From NCBI GenBank assembly GCA_002269645.1, contig NIVC01002654.1, positions 57,371 to 103,667 on the forward strand: a DNA stretch of 46,297 nucleotides. The letters run 5' to 3'. Below are positions 12,045 through 30,099 of the stretch, piece after piece. Source of the stretch: Macrostomum lignano (lineage: Eukaryota). Every line of letters begins with the position of its first letter. The stretch's first letter is position 1. The translations under genes and the position numbers were made by a program. The notes under the pieces were generated by a model. It ran no database searches and was not told the origin of the DNA. It saw nothing but the letters and a program-made list of their open reading frames with translations.

Positions 12045-12758
12045 CTAAGTAGGACGTCTTCCATTGGTTCCAAAACCACCCAGAGCTGCTTTAAGCATTC
12101 TAAGCCGTTTCGGAAGCGGTAGAACGGAGTCCGCCTCACCGTCGATATCTTCCGGTTCTTGGCTGAGACGACTAGCTGCAATTAAATGGGACGGTGTGAT
12201 GACCTCCATACCATCGCCTGAATCCGAAGGTACATGCAACAGCGGCCGACAGTTAACCACAGCTTCGATTTCCACACTTAGAGTATAATCAACTGGTCGT
12301 AGCTGATGCCAATTGTAGCATCCCAGAGGTTTTCCAGTAACCTCCCCACCACGGGGCTCGCTCGGGCACAAAATGCCAACAATTAATCTTCTTCGACGAA
12401 CAGAACGACTGCAGCTCTTCTGAGATATTAGCGCCGAATCACTGACGACGGAGGGAATGCCTCTTCGAGCCACGAACCGACGCAGTGCATGCAGAAGCTG
12501 TTCGCTGTCCATACTCGAAACAACTTCCAGGTGAACGGCTCGAGTTGCTGAGCAAGTGAAGAGCAGGATGTACGCCTTTTTGCTCTCACCACCCTCCCCC
12601 GTCCGATAGAATTTCGGACCATCATAATCCAGTCCTACGGTACGAAAAGCACGAACAGTTGACAGACGGAAGGATGGAAGCTGCAGAACCGCACGCACGG
12701 AAACCGGTCGCCCTTGAAACTTCTTGCACACAACACACCCCGTCAGTAACTGCTTCAC
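12045..12758 (-). pseudogene. BEL/Pao integrase catalytic core. It is fused directly downstream of the gag Zn knuckle, so the element is deleted.
   Basis: ORF 12045..12758. It has an HHCC-like CVVCKKFQGRP followed by D..D..E core motifs typical of Pao integrases. Confidence 0.7.
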
Positions 12759-13060
12759 ACGCTGTCTCGCCTTTAAAATCCAAAAACGTTCACCTTAGGT
12801 GGATATTTTTGACGAGACGCGCCTTGAGCACATATGCTTACGTGATGCTTGCCGGAGCAATCACGGCACTTCTGCGGATCGCGACTCTTCTCTTTTGCTA
12901 GAAATTGTCTACGCCTTTCAACGGTCGGAAACTCCATGCAATTTTCCGAATAATGCGATGCTTTGCAATAGGTTCGTAGCGTCTGGTGCTTTCGGTTGCA
13001 CTGCTACCAGTGTTGATTGATTGATTGCTACCATTGACATTGATGCGTTTGAAGCTTGCT

Positions 13061-13618
13061 TTAAATCTGAATGAGATGCTTGTGAAGTTGACTTGTGGCT
13101 GAGCTGCGATCCAGCGGACTCCCGCACAAAAATTTCATTCTTGTAGTAATGTCGTCGTGAAACTGCTGAAGACACTTTAGAGATGAGTCCTGGAGACGAA
13201 GTTCAGATATCGCCCCCGTGAATGTCGGAATTTGCCTCTTGGGAAGCTTGATCTGCGACCCGGACTCTACGGAACGACTTTTGGCCGCTGACTCCTCCGG
13301 CGATTGTTGACTATTGAAAGTTGCTTCCAGCATCTTGATGCAGCTGGTACACTTCATCGAATAAGCTTGATTCTCTTCCACTTCAGCATCCAGCCCCTCT
13401 TCAGCGACAGACTCCTCTATGGCTTCATCCAATGCTTGCACTGCCGTCAATTTCGACTTCAGAATCTGCACAATTTCCTCCGCATCCGCACGATTTGCAG
13501 CTCGACCAATATCCACGGAGAGAAGATGGTCAGCCTTTCCAACAGCCTTCGTGATCGCCGCGTGGATACCTGTACGCTTCCTGACTGCTGAAGATACCTC
13601 GTCTTCACTGAGAACCAT
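13061..13618 (-). pseudogene. BEL/Pao gag N-terminal region (DUF1759-like).
   Basis: ORF 13061..13618. The LPK..IP.F.G....W motif class is present. Confidence 0.55.
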
Positions 13619-14207
13619 GACGACTTGAATTGGGAGATGCTGCTAAAGCCAAGAAGAACTCCTGACTGAGAACTTGAAGACAGCCAGCCCAAAAAAAAGA
13701 AGCAGACTGCAGGAAAACACTTCGAGTGAACACGAAGACAAGCGAATGCAAAAAATTCAACAACAAAAAACAAGTAAATTTGGTAAGACAAACTCTAAAA
13801 GTCCAGAATTTGAAGAATTTAACGATCAGCTATTAACTATACGTATAACTGTCAATAATGTTAACGAGATGCGCAAAAAAGACGTAATTCAAAAGGAGAA
13901 ACAGTTACGATACTCATCAACGCAAGGACGGTCGACTGTTCGACATCGATCAGAGAGAGCCTGGCTGAAGGTTGCAGCTCGTGGAACCCGAGGGACCGGA
14001 ATACCGTTGACGGGACCACCGCTGCAGCGATCCGGAGGCCGCGAGCTGCTGCTTACTCTGACGACTGCGCTTCGCCGAAAGCCAACATAGTAGCCCCGTG
14101 CAGAGCGCAACAGTTGGAGAAATATCGCTGCGCTAGAGATTCAGTGCAGTTGCACTAACTTGAGCTTCTGAAGGCCGCAATAGTTTTAACTAGTATGTTG
14201 TACTTTT

Positions 14208-14220
14208 TGTTCGGGCGCCA
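14208..14220 (-). other. Primer-binding site TGGCGCCCGAACA, complementary to the 3' end of a tRNA-Lys-type tRNA. It abuts the 5' LTR.
   Basis: On minus: ...TTTTATA|TGGCGCCCGAACAAAAAG. This is identical to the first 13 nt of the classical tRNA-Lys3 PBS. Confidence 0.65.
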
Positions 14221-14320
14221 TATAAAATAAACCGATAATTGATTTTGGCTGGCGACAAAGAAAACGAAGTTTGGGCGGTCGCAGCCCAGAATTCAGCTTT
14301 TATATTTTCTAACTTAAACA
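14221..14320 (-). repeat. 5' LTR, about 100 bp.
   Basis: Direct repeat of 11515-11598. Begins TGTTTAAG on minus. Confidence 0.6.
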
Positions 14321-14693
14321 TATTTTTTCGACGAATCCAGGGTGACGTTGCAAGTGCTGTCGGTTGTTAGAGAAAAGTAAAGGTGCATCCACTTCAATGG
14401 GCTAAGCAAAAGTCAAGGCCAATTTCGAAACCACTTTAAAATCAATGCTAATCACCTAAAAGCAGGAGTTTACGAGTATATATACTCTTTGAAAACCTCA
14501 GGGGAAGGAACAAGCTTTTTGAAATCCAATAAGAGAAACAAGAGCAGCTGTAAATTAATATTTCGTGTCCACAAACCAATGTCCTTTGCTTGTTGTAAGT
14601 GCAAGCCTGAGGCACTAAAATCTCAAGTGTTATTTACGAACGCATGGAAACAAAAACTAGAAAAGGTGGCACGCAATCGCACAGCACACCAAC

Positions 14694-15287
14694 TATACTG
14701 TCCGTCAAAAGTTCCGGAACCCTTGCTACGATGTCTTCTAGCGGACATAATTTCAGTCCGTTTCAATTGTAACTTGATTCAAATGAAAGCTGCGGATCTC
14801 AGCTCCATGATGTGGTCAAGAAAAAGTTTATTCGAAGGAGCGCGTGTGAACAGGCCAGTGTTATGTACATAAAGGTTAGAGAAAAAAGTGAGGAAAAGAC
14901 AAACAAGCAATTGTCTATGGTTGCTGAGTCTATGGAGCAAACACACATGGGAAGGAATCGGTTTGCGCGCAGTGTTCAGCCTGGCTAACATTAGTCTATG
15001 GCCAAAACTTGTGTTGAAATCAACAGGCTCTTATGGATTCTTGTGCAGTCAGCTTTCATGGGAGAGTCAATTGCTTGTTTGTCTTTTCCTCACTTTTTTC
15101 TCTAACCTTTATGTACATAACACTGGCCTGTTCACACGCGCTCCTTCGAATAAACTTTTTCTTGACCACATCATGGAGCTGAGATCCGCAGCTTTCATTT
15201 GAATCAAGTTACAATTGAAACGGACTGAAATTATGTCCGCTAGAAGACATCGTAGCAAGGGTTCCGGAACTTTTGACGGACAGTATA
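14694..15287. repeat. Perfect inverted repeat: arms 14694-14914 and 15067-15287 (221 bp, apparently 100% identical) with a 152-bp spacer.
   Basis: ORF-track proteins on opposite strands are identical: 14489..14872(+) = 15109..15291(-), and 14779..14991(-) = 14888..15202(+). Arm ends are TATACTGTCCGTCAAAAG / its reverse complement. Confidence 0.9.
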
Positions 15288-16406
15288 CCAAGCCAGTTTA
15301 TATACACCGTCTATGACGTCCGTGATGCCGGCATTTGGTTTGTACCTCATGCTGACGGCAAGGACCACTAGGAACACTTCGTTATACATAAATCTAGTAG
15401 TCCTTGGGTGACGGTCTCTACGCCTCCGTAATTTTACGGCTCCCCGCGTAACAAAGCTGATGCAAAGCTAGCTTAAAAAATAATTAATTTCGCGAAAAAA
15501 ACTTCTAGACGCATGTGGCGTGACTTTGCTGCGTTTTTCCTGTATAGAAAAGGCCCTCCGACAGCGAAGGACCGCGAGCTTTCCAAAAAAAATATGTCTG
15601 AAGAATAGCAGTCGGTTTCATGCAGAACCTTTGTTATAATATGGACTGTATATGAGTAGTACGACCCTTCCTCCACCCTCTCATCTTGTATAATCGCACC
15701 AAATTATTGCCAGGGACTTCTAGAGCTAAATAGAAATGCTGTTTTTAGGAGTCCCTGCCCAGACGACGAACCTACTGATTCGCCTGCATGACCTCTATAT
15801 TTATGTTACTTGTTAGTTCTCATGTTGCTAGCTAAACAATCACATCAAATAAATTGGTTAGCAAAGCAATTGTTTACAAATCAATGAAAATTAATTGTGC
15901 CACAAAATTTGACACAGCTGTGGAGTAAAACAATTCTTGCGTATACCTGTAGACCAAAAGACATTACATGTACGTGTAGTTGACTTAAAAATCACGAAAT
16001 GACGCAACGCAAAAACTTGTTTATATCCGATTAAGCATGAAATTAGCTAAATGAAAGTCAGACAGCAATAGCTGGAAGCGCACATTTACAAATTAAATTC
16101 TTACGCATAATACCAAAAAATTAACAAAATGAATAACATACACGTACACTACGGCTCGCAGTGAGTCGAATTGATTTGAAGTTTCATTTAAACTTGCACA
16201 AAAACTTTTGCAGGCAGCTGTTGGTGCTTCATACTATGTACTATTACACTGCAGGCGCCTCGATCTGAATGCATAATTTATGAGCAGGTTTTAGAAATGA
16301 CTATATTTTATGACTTATTATGACTGGCAGGGAGTAGAATGAGAAATCGATTTACAGGAAATACGTTTTCCGAAAATTATTTCGTCTTGGAAGCTACTTT
16401 GAGCTT

Positions 16407-19404
<2,998 letters not shown>

Positions 19405-20215
19405 CTAACGGACTCGCCCCTGACTGTTAAAGCGGTCTCTTTATCTGTGCATGAGCGAGCCTTGCAACTCTCTCTCCCACTCTATTTTGCTCAGCCCAAT
19501 GTCTCCCGTCCCTGACCCCAGCTCTACCAATGCCGAGCACTACACATAAGCGATACTGCAGTGTGTAGCCCAGTCTGCCCCAGCACACACTCAGGCAAGC
19601 GCTTATCGATATAATATATGAATATCTTACACAGCTAATCCACGCCCACAGATCTACTTAATGGACTCTTATCGATTGAATTTTTATCCAACCCAGCAAC
19701 ACCTGCAGCACCCCCAATTTCTTCTCCAATATAAAATTGTGCATCCAAAGTCCAAGCTATACTACTGCTCAACTGGTCATAGCCTAGCTATCAAATGAGA
19801 ACAGTTTCAAAAAAATCCCAAACCCAACTACAAAAATCCCCCCCCCGCGTGTGGGCGGAAATGCGCCATTAGCACTGTCTCCCACTGCACTGACATAAAC
19901 AAAAACGCTACGTCAAAACTACTCGTACTTATTGCTGAAAATCGCTGAGTAGTGCGATTGTGTATTAATAGTAAAATTAATGTGCTTTAGTGATTAATAA
20001 ATATTTCATTTTATTTAAAGACTTTAGAGCTACTGAGTCATGATTAGTAGTATAAAAAAATCTGAAATATAAAAACAATAGTAGGGCCTACTCAACAAAC
20101 ATCGGTAATAACAAATAGAATCGGGATAAAAGTTGAAAATTATTTCTAGAATAAGACTTTGGGGGCAGGGTCCTGCAAATATTCAACTTTTACTTCACAT
20201 GGCAAACTTAGTAAA

Positions 20216-20221
20216 TTTATT
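20216..20221 (-). terminator. AATAAA polyadenylation signal about 120 nt downstream of the stop at 20339.
   Basis: Plus-strand tttatt. Its position relative to the stop is appropriate. Confidence 0.4.
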
Positions 20222-20338
20222 CGAGCAAAACAAAACTAAGACTGCGTCAAATTTAAACATGAAGATAAATATAATCAGTTTATCAATTATATAAAGTCTG
20301 TTTTCGATACATATCGGCACACAGGGCTCAATCGCTAA

Positions 20339-21873
<1,535 letters not shown>

Positions 21874-21904
21874 TTAAGACTGGTACCGGACGCCTGCAGT
21901 TTCA

Positions 21905-22759
<855 letters not shown>

Positions 22760-22790
22760 CTAATTAAGAATCATATTATAATAAGAATCA

Positions 22791-23612
<822 letters not shown>

Positions 23613-23635
23613 TTAAATTAAAAGACAGAAAGTTA

Positions 23636-24125
<490 letters not shown>

Positions 24126-24249
24126 CTAAAAGATAGAAAAATGAAATTTTTATGCGACAAATTTTAGTATAGAGCGAGTGCAAAATAACGGCGAACCCAG
24201 CCCGTCTCATACAGCCTCCAACTTGAATATTATCTTTAAAAGAACCAAA

Positions 24250-24740
24250 ATGTAGTCAGTCGATTAGTGTCATCAAACAGTGTCAGTCAAACAGTGTCAG
24301 TCAAACAGTGTCAGTCAAACAGTGTCAGTCAAACAGTGTCAGTCAAACAGTGTCAGTCAAACAGTGTCAGTCAAACAGTGTCAGTCAAACAGTGTCAGTC
24401 AATAAGTGTCAGTCAAACAGTGTCAGTCAAACAGTGTCAGTCAAACAGTGTCAGTCAAACAGTGTCAGTCAATAAGTGTCAGTCAAACAGTGTCAGTCAA
24501 TAAGTGTCAGTCAAACAGTGTCAGTCAAACAGTGTCAGTCAAACAGTGTCAGTCAAACAGTGTCAGTCAATAAGTGTCAGTCAAACAGTGTCAGTCAAAC
24601 AGTGTCAGTCAAACAGTGTCAGTCAAACAGTGTCAGTCAAACAGTGTCAGTCAAACAGTGTCAGTCAATAAGTGTCAGTCAAACAGTGTCAGTCAATTAG
24701 TGTCAGTCAAACAGTGTCAGTCAATAAGTGAATTAGTCAA
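24250..24740. repeat. Minisatellite, 14-bp unit (CAGTGTCAGTCAAA/ATAA variants).
   Basis: Tandem periodicity. The same family recurs at 26270-27370. Confidence 0.95.
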
Positions 24741-24787
24741 TCAGTCAATTAGCGCACAGCGCATTGCACAAGTGTCAGACTCCTTAC

Positions 24788-24889
24788 GAATTGGCGCAGC
24801 GAAGGTTGCCGAAGGAGCTGAAGGCGGCGCCTCATCAAACAGCAACGCGTCGAGATCGGCATCTTCATCTTCCTCAGGTTCCTCTTCGA
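24788..24889 (-). CDS. Mini-exon B1 (EEEPEEDEDADLDALLFDEAPPSAPSATFAAPI-R), phase 1-1.
   Basis: Acceptor ttttgcag|TC and donor C|GTAAGGAGT. Three homologous copies. Confidence 0.45.
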
Positions 24890-25259
24890 CTGCAAAAACA
24901 AGTAGCATGAATTGGCAATGCTGCAATCGCATCGATAAAATCATAACCACATTTTATACTTTTATATCAATAGAAAAATTGATTTTAGAATGAAGTTTTT
25001 TCCATTAGCATTATTTTACATTTTTCATCGCAATCCAATAATTCAGCATCTTCGCAGAACATGTCCAGCTCTAAGAGTTAAGGTGCAGCAGCGGCTTTAT
25101 GATTTATTGCAACCCGAATAACGATCATACTTGCAGATTAAAAACAAATACAAAAAGCATTGGCTGACCAGCATTATTCGCCAAAATATTGCCCCCGAGA
25201 TAATGGATAAATAATCAGCGGTCCCAGTGCGTGACAACGATTGTCTGGCGAGCGCCGGT

Positions 25260-25580
25260 AGGCTGGCCTCGCCATCTTAAACATCCTAAACATCTTAAAC
25301 ATCCTAAACATCTTAAACATCTTAAACATCCTAAACATCTTAAACATCCTAAACATCCTAAACATCCTAAACATCTTAAACATCTTAAAAATCCTAAACA
25401 TCTTAAACATCCTAAACACCCTAAACATCTTAAACATCTTAAAAATCCTAAACATCTTAAACATCCTAAACATCCTAAACATCTTAAACATCTTAAAAAT
25501 CCTAAACATCTTAAACATCCTAAACACCCTAAACATCTTAAACATCCTAAACATCTTAAACATCCTAAACAGTCTGGCCT
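25260..25580. repeat. Minisatellite, 9-bp unit (TAAACATCY).
   Basis: Tandem periodicity. Confidence 0.9.
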
Positions 25581-25967
25581 CGCCTAGACTGTTTAAACGA
25601 TGGACAATTCATTGTCACGTGCTGCGACCGCTGATTCTTTGCATTGTTTTTCTGTTTGACGATCCTACAGACAATGCATTGTTTGTAGTAATGGATTGTT
25701 CTGCATTAAAAATGTGAATAATGATCGTCAAATTGCTAAACAATGAGAGAGGGAGGTAGACATATTGAAGGAGAGAGAGGTAGACCGAGGGAGAAAGGTA
25801 GACATGATGAGGGAGAGGTAGTGAGGGAGAGGTAGACATGAGGGCGACAGCGAGTAGGATTCAGAGAAGGGCAGCCCCTCAAGTAACTGCATATTTCCAT
25901 CAGTTGACCAGTTATTCAAATAAAATGTTTGAAAACTCATCGAAAAACAGCTACTAATAGAGGCTTA

Positions 25968-26114
25968 CCTTGCTGTTGCGGAGGCCTACTGGAGGCCATG
26001 AAGGACAGGTATTCAGGAGATTGGGCTCTTCTCAGCGCAACGTCGGAACTTCGGCTGTCGAATTTCACCTTCGAGTCGGAAATCGCCGCGTCAATGTTGC
26101 GCTCAGGGAAGGCA
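25968..26114 (-). CDS. Mini-exon A3 (GAFPERNIDAAISDSKVKFDSRSSDVALRRAQSPEYLSFMASSRPPQQQ), phase 1-1.
   Basis: Acceptor ccttcag|GT and donor CAAG|GTAAGC. Confidence 0.45.
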
Positions 26115-26269
26115 CCTGAAGGCGGAAGGTTAAAACTGGTAATCAAATTGGCTGCATCAGCTGCCGATTTTTCAACTCACAAGAGAGACGAAAGATATAG
26201 ATGGGGAGAAAGAAGAGGGAGATAGGGAGAGATAAGAGGGAGATGGGGAGAGATGAGAGGGAGATGGGG

Positions 26270-27370
26270 AGAGATGTCAGTGTCAGTCAAACAGTGTCAG
26301 TGAAACAGTGTCAGTCAAACAGTGTCAGTCAAACAGTGTCAGTCAATTAGTGTCAGTCAATTAGTGTCAGTCAAACAGTGTCAGTCAATTAGTGTCAGTC
26401 AAACAGTGTCAGTCAAACAGTGTCAGTCAAAAAGTGTCAGTCAAACAGTGTCAGTCAAACAGTGTCAGTCAATTAGTGTCAGTCAAACAGTGTCAGTCAA
26501 ACAGTGTCAGTCAAACAGTGTCAGTCAAACAGTGTCAGTCAAACAGTGTCAGTCAAACAGTGTCAGTCAAACAGTGTCAGTCAAACAGTGTCAGTCAATT
26601 AGTGTCAGTCAAACAGTGTCAGTCAAACAGTGTCAGTCAAACAGTGTCAGTCAAACAGTGTCAGTCAAAAAGTGTCAGTCAAACAGTGTCAGTCAAACAG
26701 TGTCAGTCAATTAGTGTCAGTCAAACAGTGTCAGTCAATTAGTGTCAGTCAAACAGTGTCAGTCAAACAGTGTCAGTCAAATAGAGTCAGTCAATTAGTG
26801 TCAGTCAAATAGTGTCAGTCAAACAGTGTCAGTCAAACAGTGTCAGTCAAACAGTGTCAGTCAAACAGTGTCAGTCAAAAAGTGTCAGTCAAACAGTGTC
26901 AGTCAAACAGTGTCAGTCAAACAGTGTCAGTCAATTAGTGTCAGTCAAACAGTGTCAGTCAAACAGTGTCAGTCAAACAGTGTCAGTCAAAAAGTGTCAG
27001 TCAAATAGTGTCAGTCAAACAGTGTCAGTCAAACAGTGTCAGTCAATTAGTGTCAGTCAAATAGTGTCAGTCAAACAGTGTCAGTCAATTAGTGTCAGTC
27101 AAATAGTGTCAGTCAATTAGTGTCAGTCAAATAGTGTCAGTTAATTAGTGTCAGTCAAATAGTGTCAGTTAATTAGTGTCAGTCAAACAGTGTCAGTCAA
27201 ACAGTGTCAGTCAATTAGTGTCAGTTAATTAGTGTCAGTCAAACAGTGTCAGTCAAACAGTGTCAGTCAATTAGTGTCAGTCAATTAGTGTCAGTCAATT
27301 AGTGTCAGTCAATTAGTGTCAGTCAAACAGTGTCAGTCAATTTGTGTCAGTCAATTTGTGTCAGTCAAAC
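26270..27370. repeat. Minisatellite, 14-bp unit (CAGTGTCAGTCAAA), about 75 copies.
   Basis: Tandem periodicity. Confidence 0.95.
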
Positions 27371-27390
27371 ACTGTTCGTCAGACTCCTTA

Positions 27391-27490
27391 CGAATTGGCG
27401 CAGCGAAGGCAGCCGAATGAGCTGAAGGCGGCGCCTCATCAAACAGCGAAGTGCCAAAATCTTCATCATCTTCCTCAGATTCATCTGCGC
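27391..27490 (-). CDS. Mini-exon B2 (ADESEEDDEDFGTSLFDEAPPSAHSAAFAAPI-R), phase 1-1.
   Basis: Acceptor ttttgcag|GC and donor C|GTAAGGAGT. Confidence 0.45.
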
Positions 27491-27732
27491 CTGCAAAAAC
27501 AGGTACTCGTAGAAGGAATCGGCATTGCTGCAATCCTATTAAATAAAATCAAAAATGTATTCTATAAATTTCTAACCAATAGCAATTTCACATTTGTCAT
27601 CGCGATCCAGTAATGTAGCATCTTCGCAGCACATGTCCAGCTCTAAGAGTGCAGTTTAAGCAGAGGGTTTATGATTTATTGCAATTTAAATAATTCATAA
27701 TTGCAGATTAAAAAATACTAAAGTAGCATTGG

Positions 27733-27828
27733 CTGACCAGCATCCAGATCGAAATCATCGGAAGATTCAGAGGAGTCCTCGCTACCATCGCTGGGCCGTG
27801 CCACCGCAGCCCGGGGCGCATCTGCTGC
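27733..27828 (-). CDS. Mini-exon C-II (AADAPRAAVARPSDGSEDSSESSDDFDLDA), phase 1-1.
   Basis: Acceptor tcatatttccag|CT. The weak donor G|GTCAGCC is conserved in all three macro-repeat copies. Confidence 0.3.
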
Positions 27829-27899
27829 AGCTGGAAATATGACAAAAATATATAAATGCTTAAAGAAATGACCAATATAGTGACCACACACTTGCGACC

Positions 27900-29030
27900 A
27901 GAGAATGACCAGAATAGCGACTATGACCAATCTGATGATCAGATTAGAGACTATGACCAATCTGATGACCAGATTAGCGACTATGACCAATCTGATGACC
28001 AGATTAGCGACTATGACCAATCTGATGACCAGATTAGCGACTATGACCAATCTGATGACCAGATTAGCGACTATGACCAATCTGATGACCAGATTAGCGA
28101 CTATGACCAATCTGATGACCAGATTAGCGACTATGACCAATCTGATGACCAGATTAGCGACTATGACCAATCTGATGACCAGATTAGAGACTATGACCAA
28201 TCTGATGATCAGATTAGCGACTATGACCAATCTGATGACCAGATTAGCGACTATGACCAATCTGATGACCAGATTAGCGACTATGACCAATCTGATGACC
28301 AGATTAGCGACTATGACCAATCTGATGATCAGATTAGAGACTATGACCAATCTGATGACCAGATTAGCGACTATGACCAATCTGATGACCAGATTAGCGA
28401 CTATGACCAATCTGATGACCAGATTAGCGACTATGACCAATCTGATGATCAGATTAGAGACTATGACCAATCTGATGACCAGATTAGCGACTATGACCAA
28501 TCTGATGACCAGATTAGCGACTATGACCAATCTGATGACCAGATTAGAGACTATGACCAATCTGATGACCAGATTAGCGACTATGACCAATCTGATGACC
28601 AGATTAGCGACTATGACCAATCTGATGATCAGATTAGCGACTATGACCAATCTGATGACCAGATTAGCGACTATGACCAATCTGATGACCAGATTAGCGA
28701 CTATGACCAATTTGATGACCAGATTAGCGACTATGACCAATCTGATGACCAGATTAGCGACTATGACCAATCTGATGACCAGATTAGCGACTATGACCAA
28801 TCTGATGACCAGATTAGAGACTATGACCAATCTGATGACCAGCTTAGCGACTATGACCAATCTGATGACCAGATTAGCGACTATGACCAATCTAATGACC
28901 AGATTAGCGACTATGACCAATCTGATGACCAGATTAGAGACTATGACCAATCTGATGACCAGCTTAGCGACTATGACCAATCTGATGACCAGATTAGCGA
29001 CTATGACCAATCTAATGACCAGATTAGCGA
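27900..29030. repeat. Minisatellite, 30-bp unit (GACCAATCTGATGACCAGATTAGCGACTAT), about 38 copies.
   Basis: Tandem periodicity. The unit is a multiple of 3, so all frames stay open. Confidence 0.95.
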
Positions 29031-29460
29031 CAGAGACAGTGTCTGCTGTCTCCAATCCTGTTGTGTCTGCTGTCTCCAATCCTGTTGTGTCTGCTGTCTC
29101 CAATCTGTTGTCTGCTATCTCCAATCTGTTGTCTGCTGTCTCCAATCTGTTGTCTGCTGTCTCTAATCCTGTTGTGTCTGCTGTCTCCAATCCTGTTGTG
29201 TCTCTGTCTCCAATCCTGTTGTGTCTGCTGTCTCTAATCCTGTTGTGTCTGCTGTCTCCAATCCTGTTGTGTCTGCTGTCTCTAATCCTGTTGTGTCTGC
29301 TGTCTCCAATCCTGTTGTGTCTGCTGTCTCCAATCTGTTGTCTGCTGTCTCCAATCCTGTTGTGTCTGCTGTGTCCAATCCTGTTGTGTCTGCTGTGTCC
29401 AATCCCGTTGTGTCTGCTGTCTCCAATCCCGTTGTGTCTGCTGTCTCCAATCCTGTTGTG
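29030..29460. repeat. Minisatellite, 24-bp unit (TGTCTGCTGTCTCCAATCCTGTTG), about 18 copies.
   Basis: Tandem periodicity. Its reverse complement is the unit at 31620-32530. Confidence 0.95.
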
Positions 29461-29586
29461 TCTGCTGTATTGGCTTACGACAGCAAAAGAAATTTCTATT
29501 TTAAATTTTCACAGCATTAATCCCGATTTTCAGCTTGTAAAAAGGTACGTTAATAAAAAATTTGCGCATTGCATCAGACTTCTTAC

Positions 29587-29676
29587 GAGCTGGTGCCTGG
29601 TAGGCTGGTGACAGCGGCTCCTCAAACAGCGACCTGCCGTATTCATCAAAGTCATCTTCCTCAAATTCAGCTTTGC
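29587..29676 (-). CDS. Mini-exon B3 (KAEFEEDDFDEYGRSLFEEPLSPAYQAPA-R), phase 1-1.
   Basis: Acceptor tttttttgcag|GC and donor C|GTAAGAAGT. Confidence 0.45.
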
Positions 29677-29947
29677 CTGCAAAAAAACAGAATCAAAACG
29701 CAATGCTGCAAATCGTATCGAATAAACAAAATTATAAACAAATTCAATAATTTTCTAATCAATTCAAAGACGGATTTTACGTTGAAGTTTTTGCATTGAC
29801 ATTGCCTCGCAGGATTCCATGGATTCGGGCTCAAGGCAGAGGAATCTCGGCTCTATGAGTGCAGTTGAAGTAGCGGGTTTATGATTTATTGCAATTCGAA
29901 TAAGTCATAATTAGAGATTAAAAAACAAATACAAAAAGCATTGGCTG

Positions 29948-30062
29948 ACCATCATCAACATTCGACATCTTTTCAAGATCGGAAGCATCTGAATATTCAG
30001 AACGACTGCTTGGTTCTTCACTGCCTGCCGCCGCACCCCGTGGCACATCTGGTGCAGAAGAT
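29948..30062 (-). CDS. Mini-exon C-III (VVSSAPDVPRGAAAGSEEPSSRSEYSDASDLEKMSNVDD), phase 1-1.
   Basis: Acceptor cttacttttcag|CG and donor G|GTCAGCC. Confidence 0.3.
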
Positions 30063-30099
30063 ACTACCGCTGAAAAGTAAGTGATCAAAATGTTGAAAG

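Larger units (their letters stand above)
11515..14320 (-). mobile_element. Internally deleted BEL/Pao-family LTR retrotransposon remnant: LTR-PBS-gag(Zn knuckle)-integrase-LTR, with no protease or reverse transcriptase.
   Basis: Pao-type gag (DUF1759-like ...IKLPKRQIPTFTGAISEL...), a CX2CX3-4HX4C knuckle (CRDCSGKHHVSIC) and an integrase DDE core (VGLDYDGPKFY...KAYILLFTCSATRAVHLEVVSSMDSEQLLHALRRFVARRGIPSVVSDSAL), all on the minus strand. About 85-100-bp direct repeats sit at both ends. A primer-binding site abuts the 5' repeat. Confidence 0.7.

Noticed and set aside
11515-14320. Intact, autonomous LTR retrotransposon.
   Set aside because: No protease, RT or RNase H coding sequence lies between gag and integrase. 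The element is an internal-deletion derivative.
24250-27370. CRISPR-like appearance of short direct repeats.
   Set aside because: The units are contiguous with no unique spacers. The locus is eukaryotic, with spliceosomal introns and metazoan gene families.
27718-29611. Very long ORFs on both strands across the 30-bp and 24-bp arrays (for example 27905..29611 + 568 aa, 27718..29190 - 490 aa). Similar ORFs cross the 17340-18770, 20790-21640, 31620-32530, 38400-38930 and 40920-41440 arrays.
   Set aside because: The unit lengths are multiples of 3, or the motifs are simply stop-free. All three frames stay open, translations are pure period-8 or period-10 peptide repeats, and the arrays lie in introns. 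These are artefacts, not CDS.
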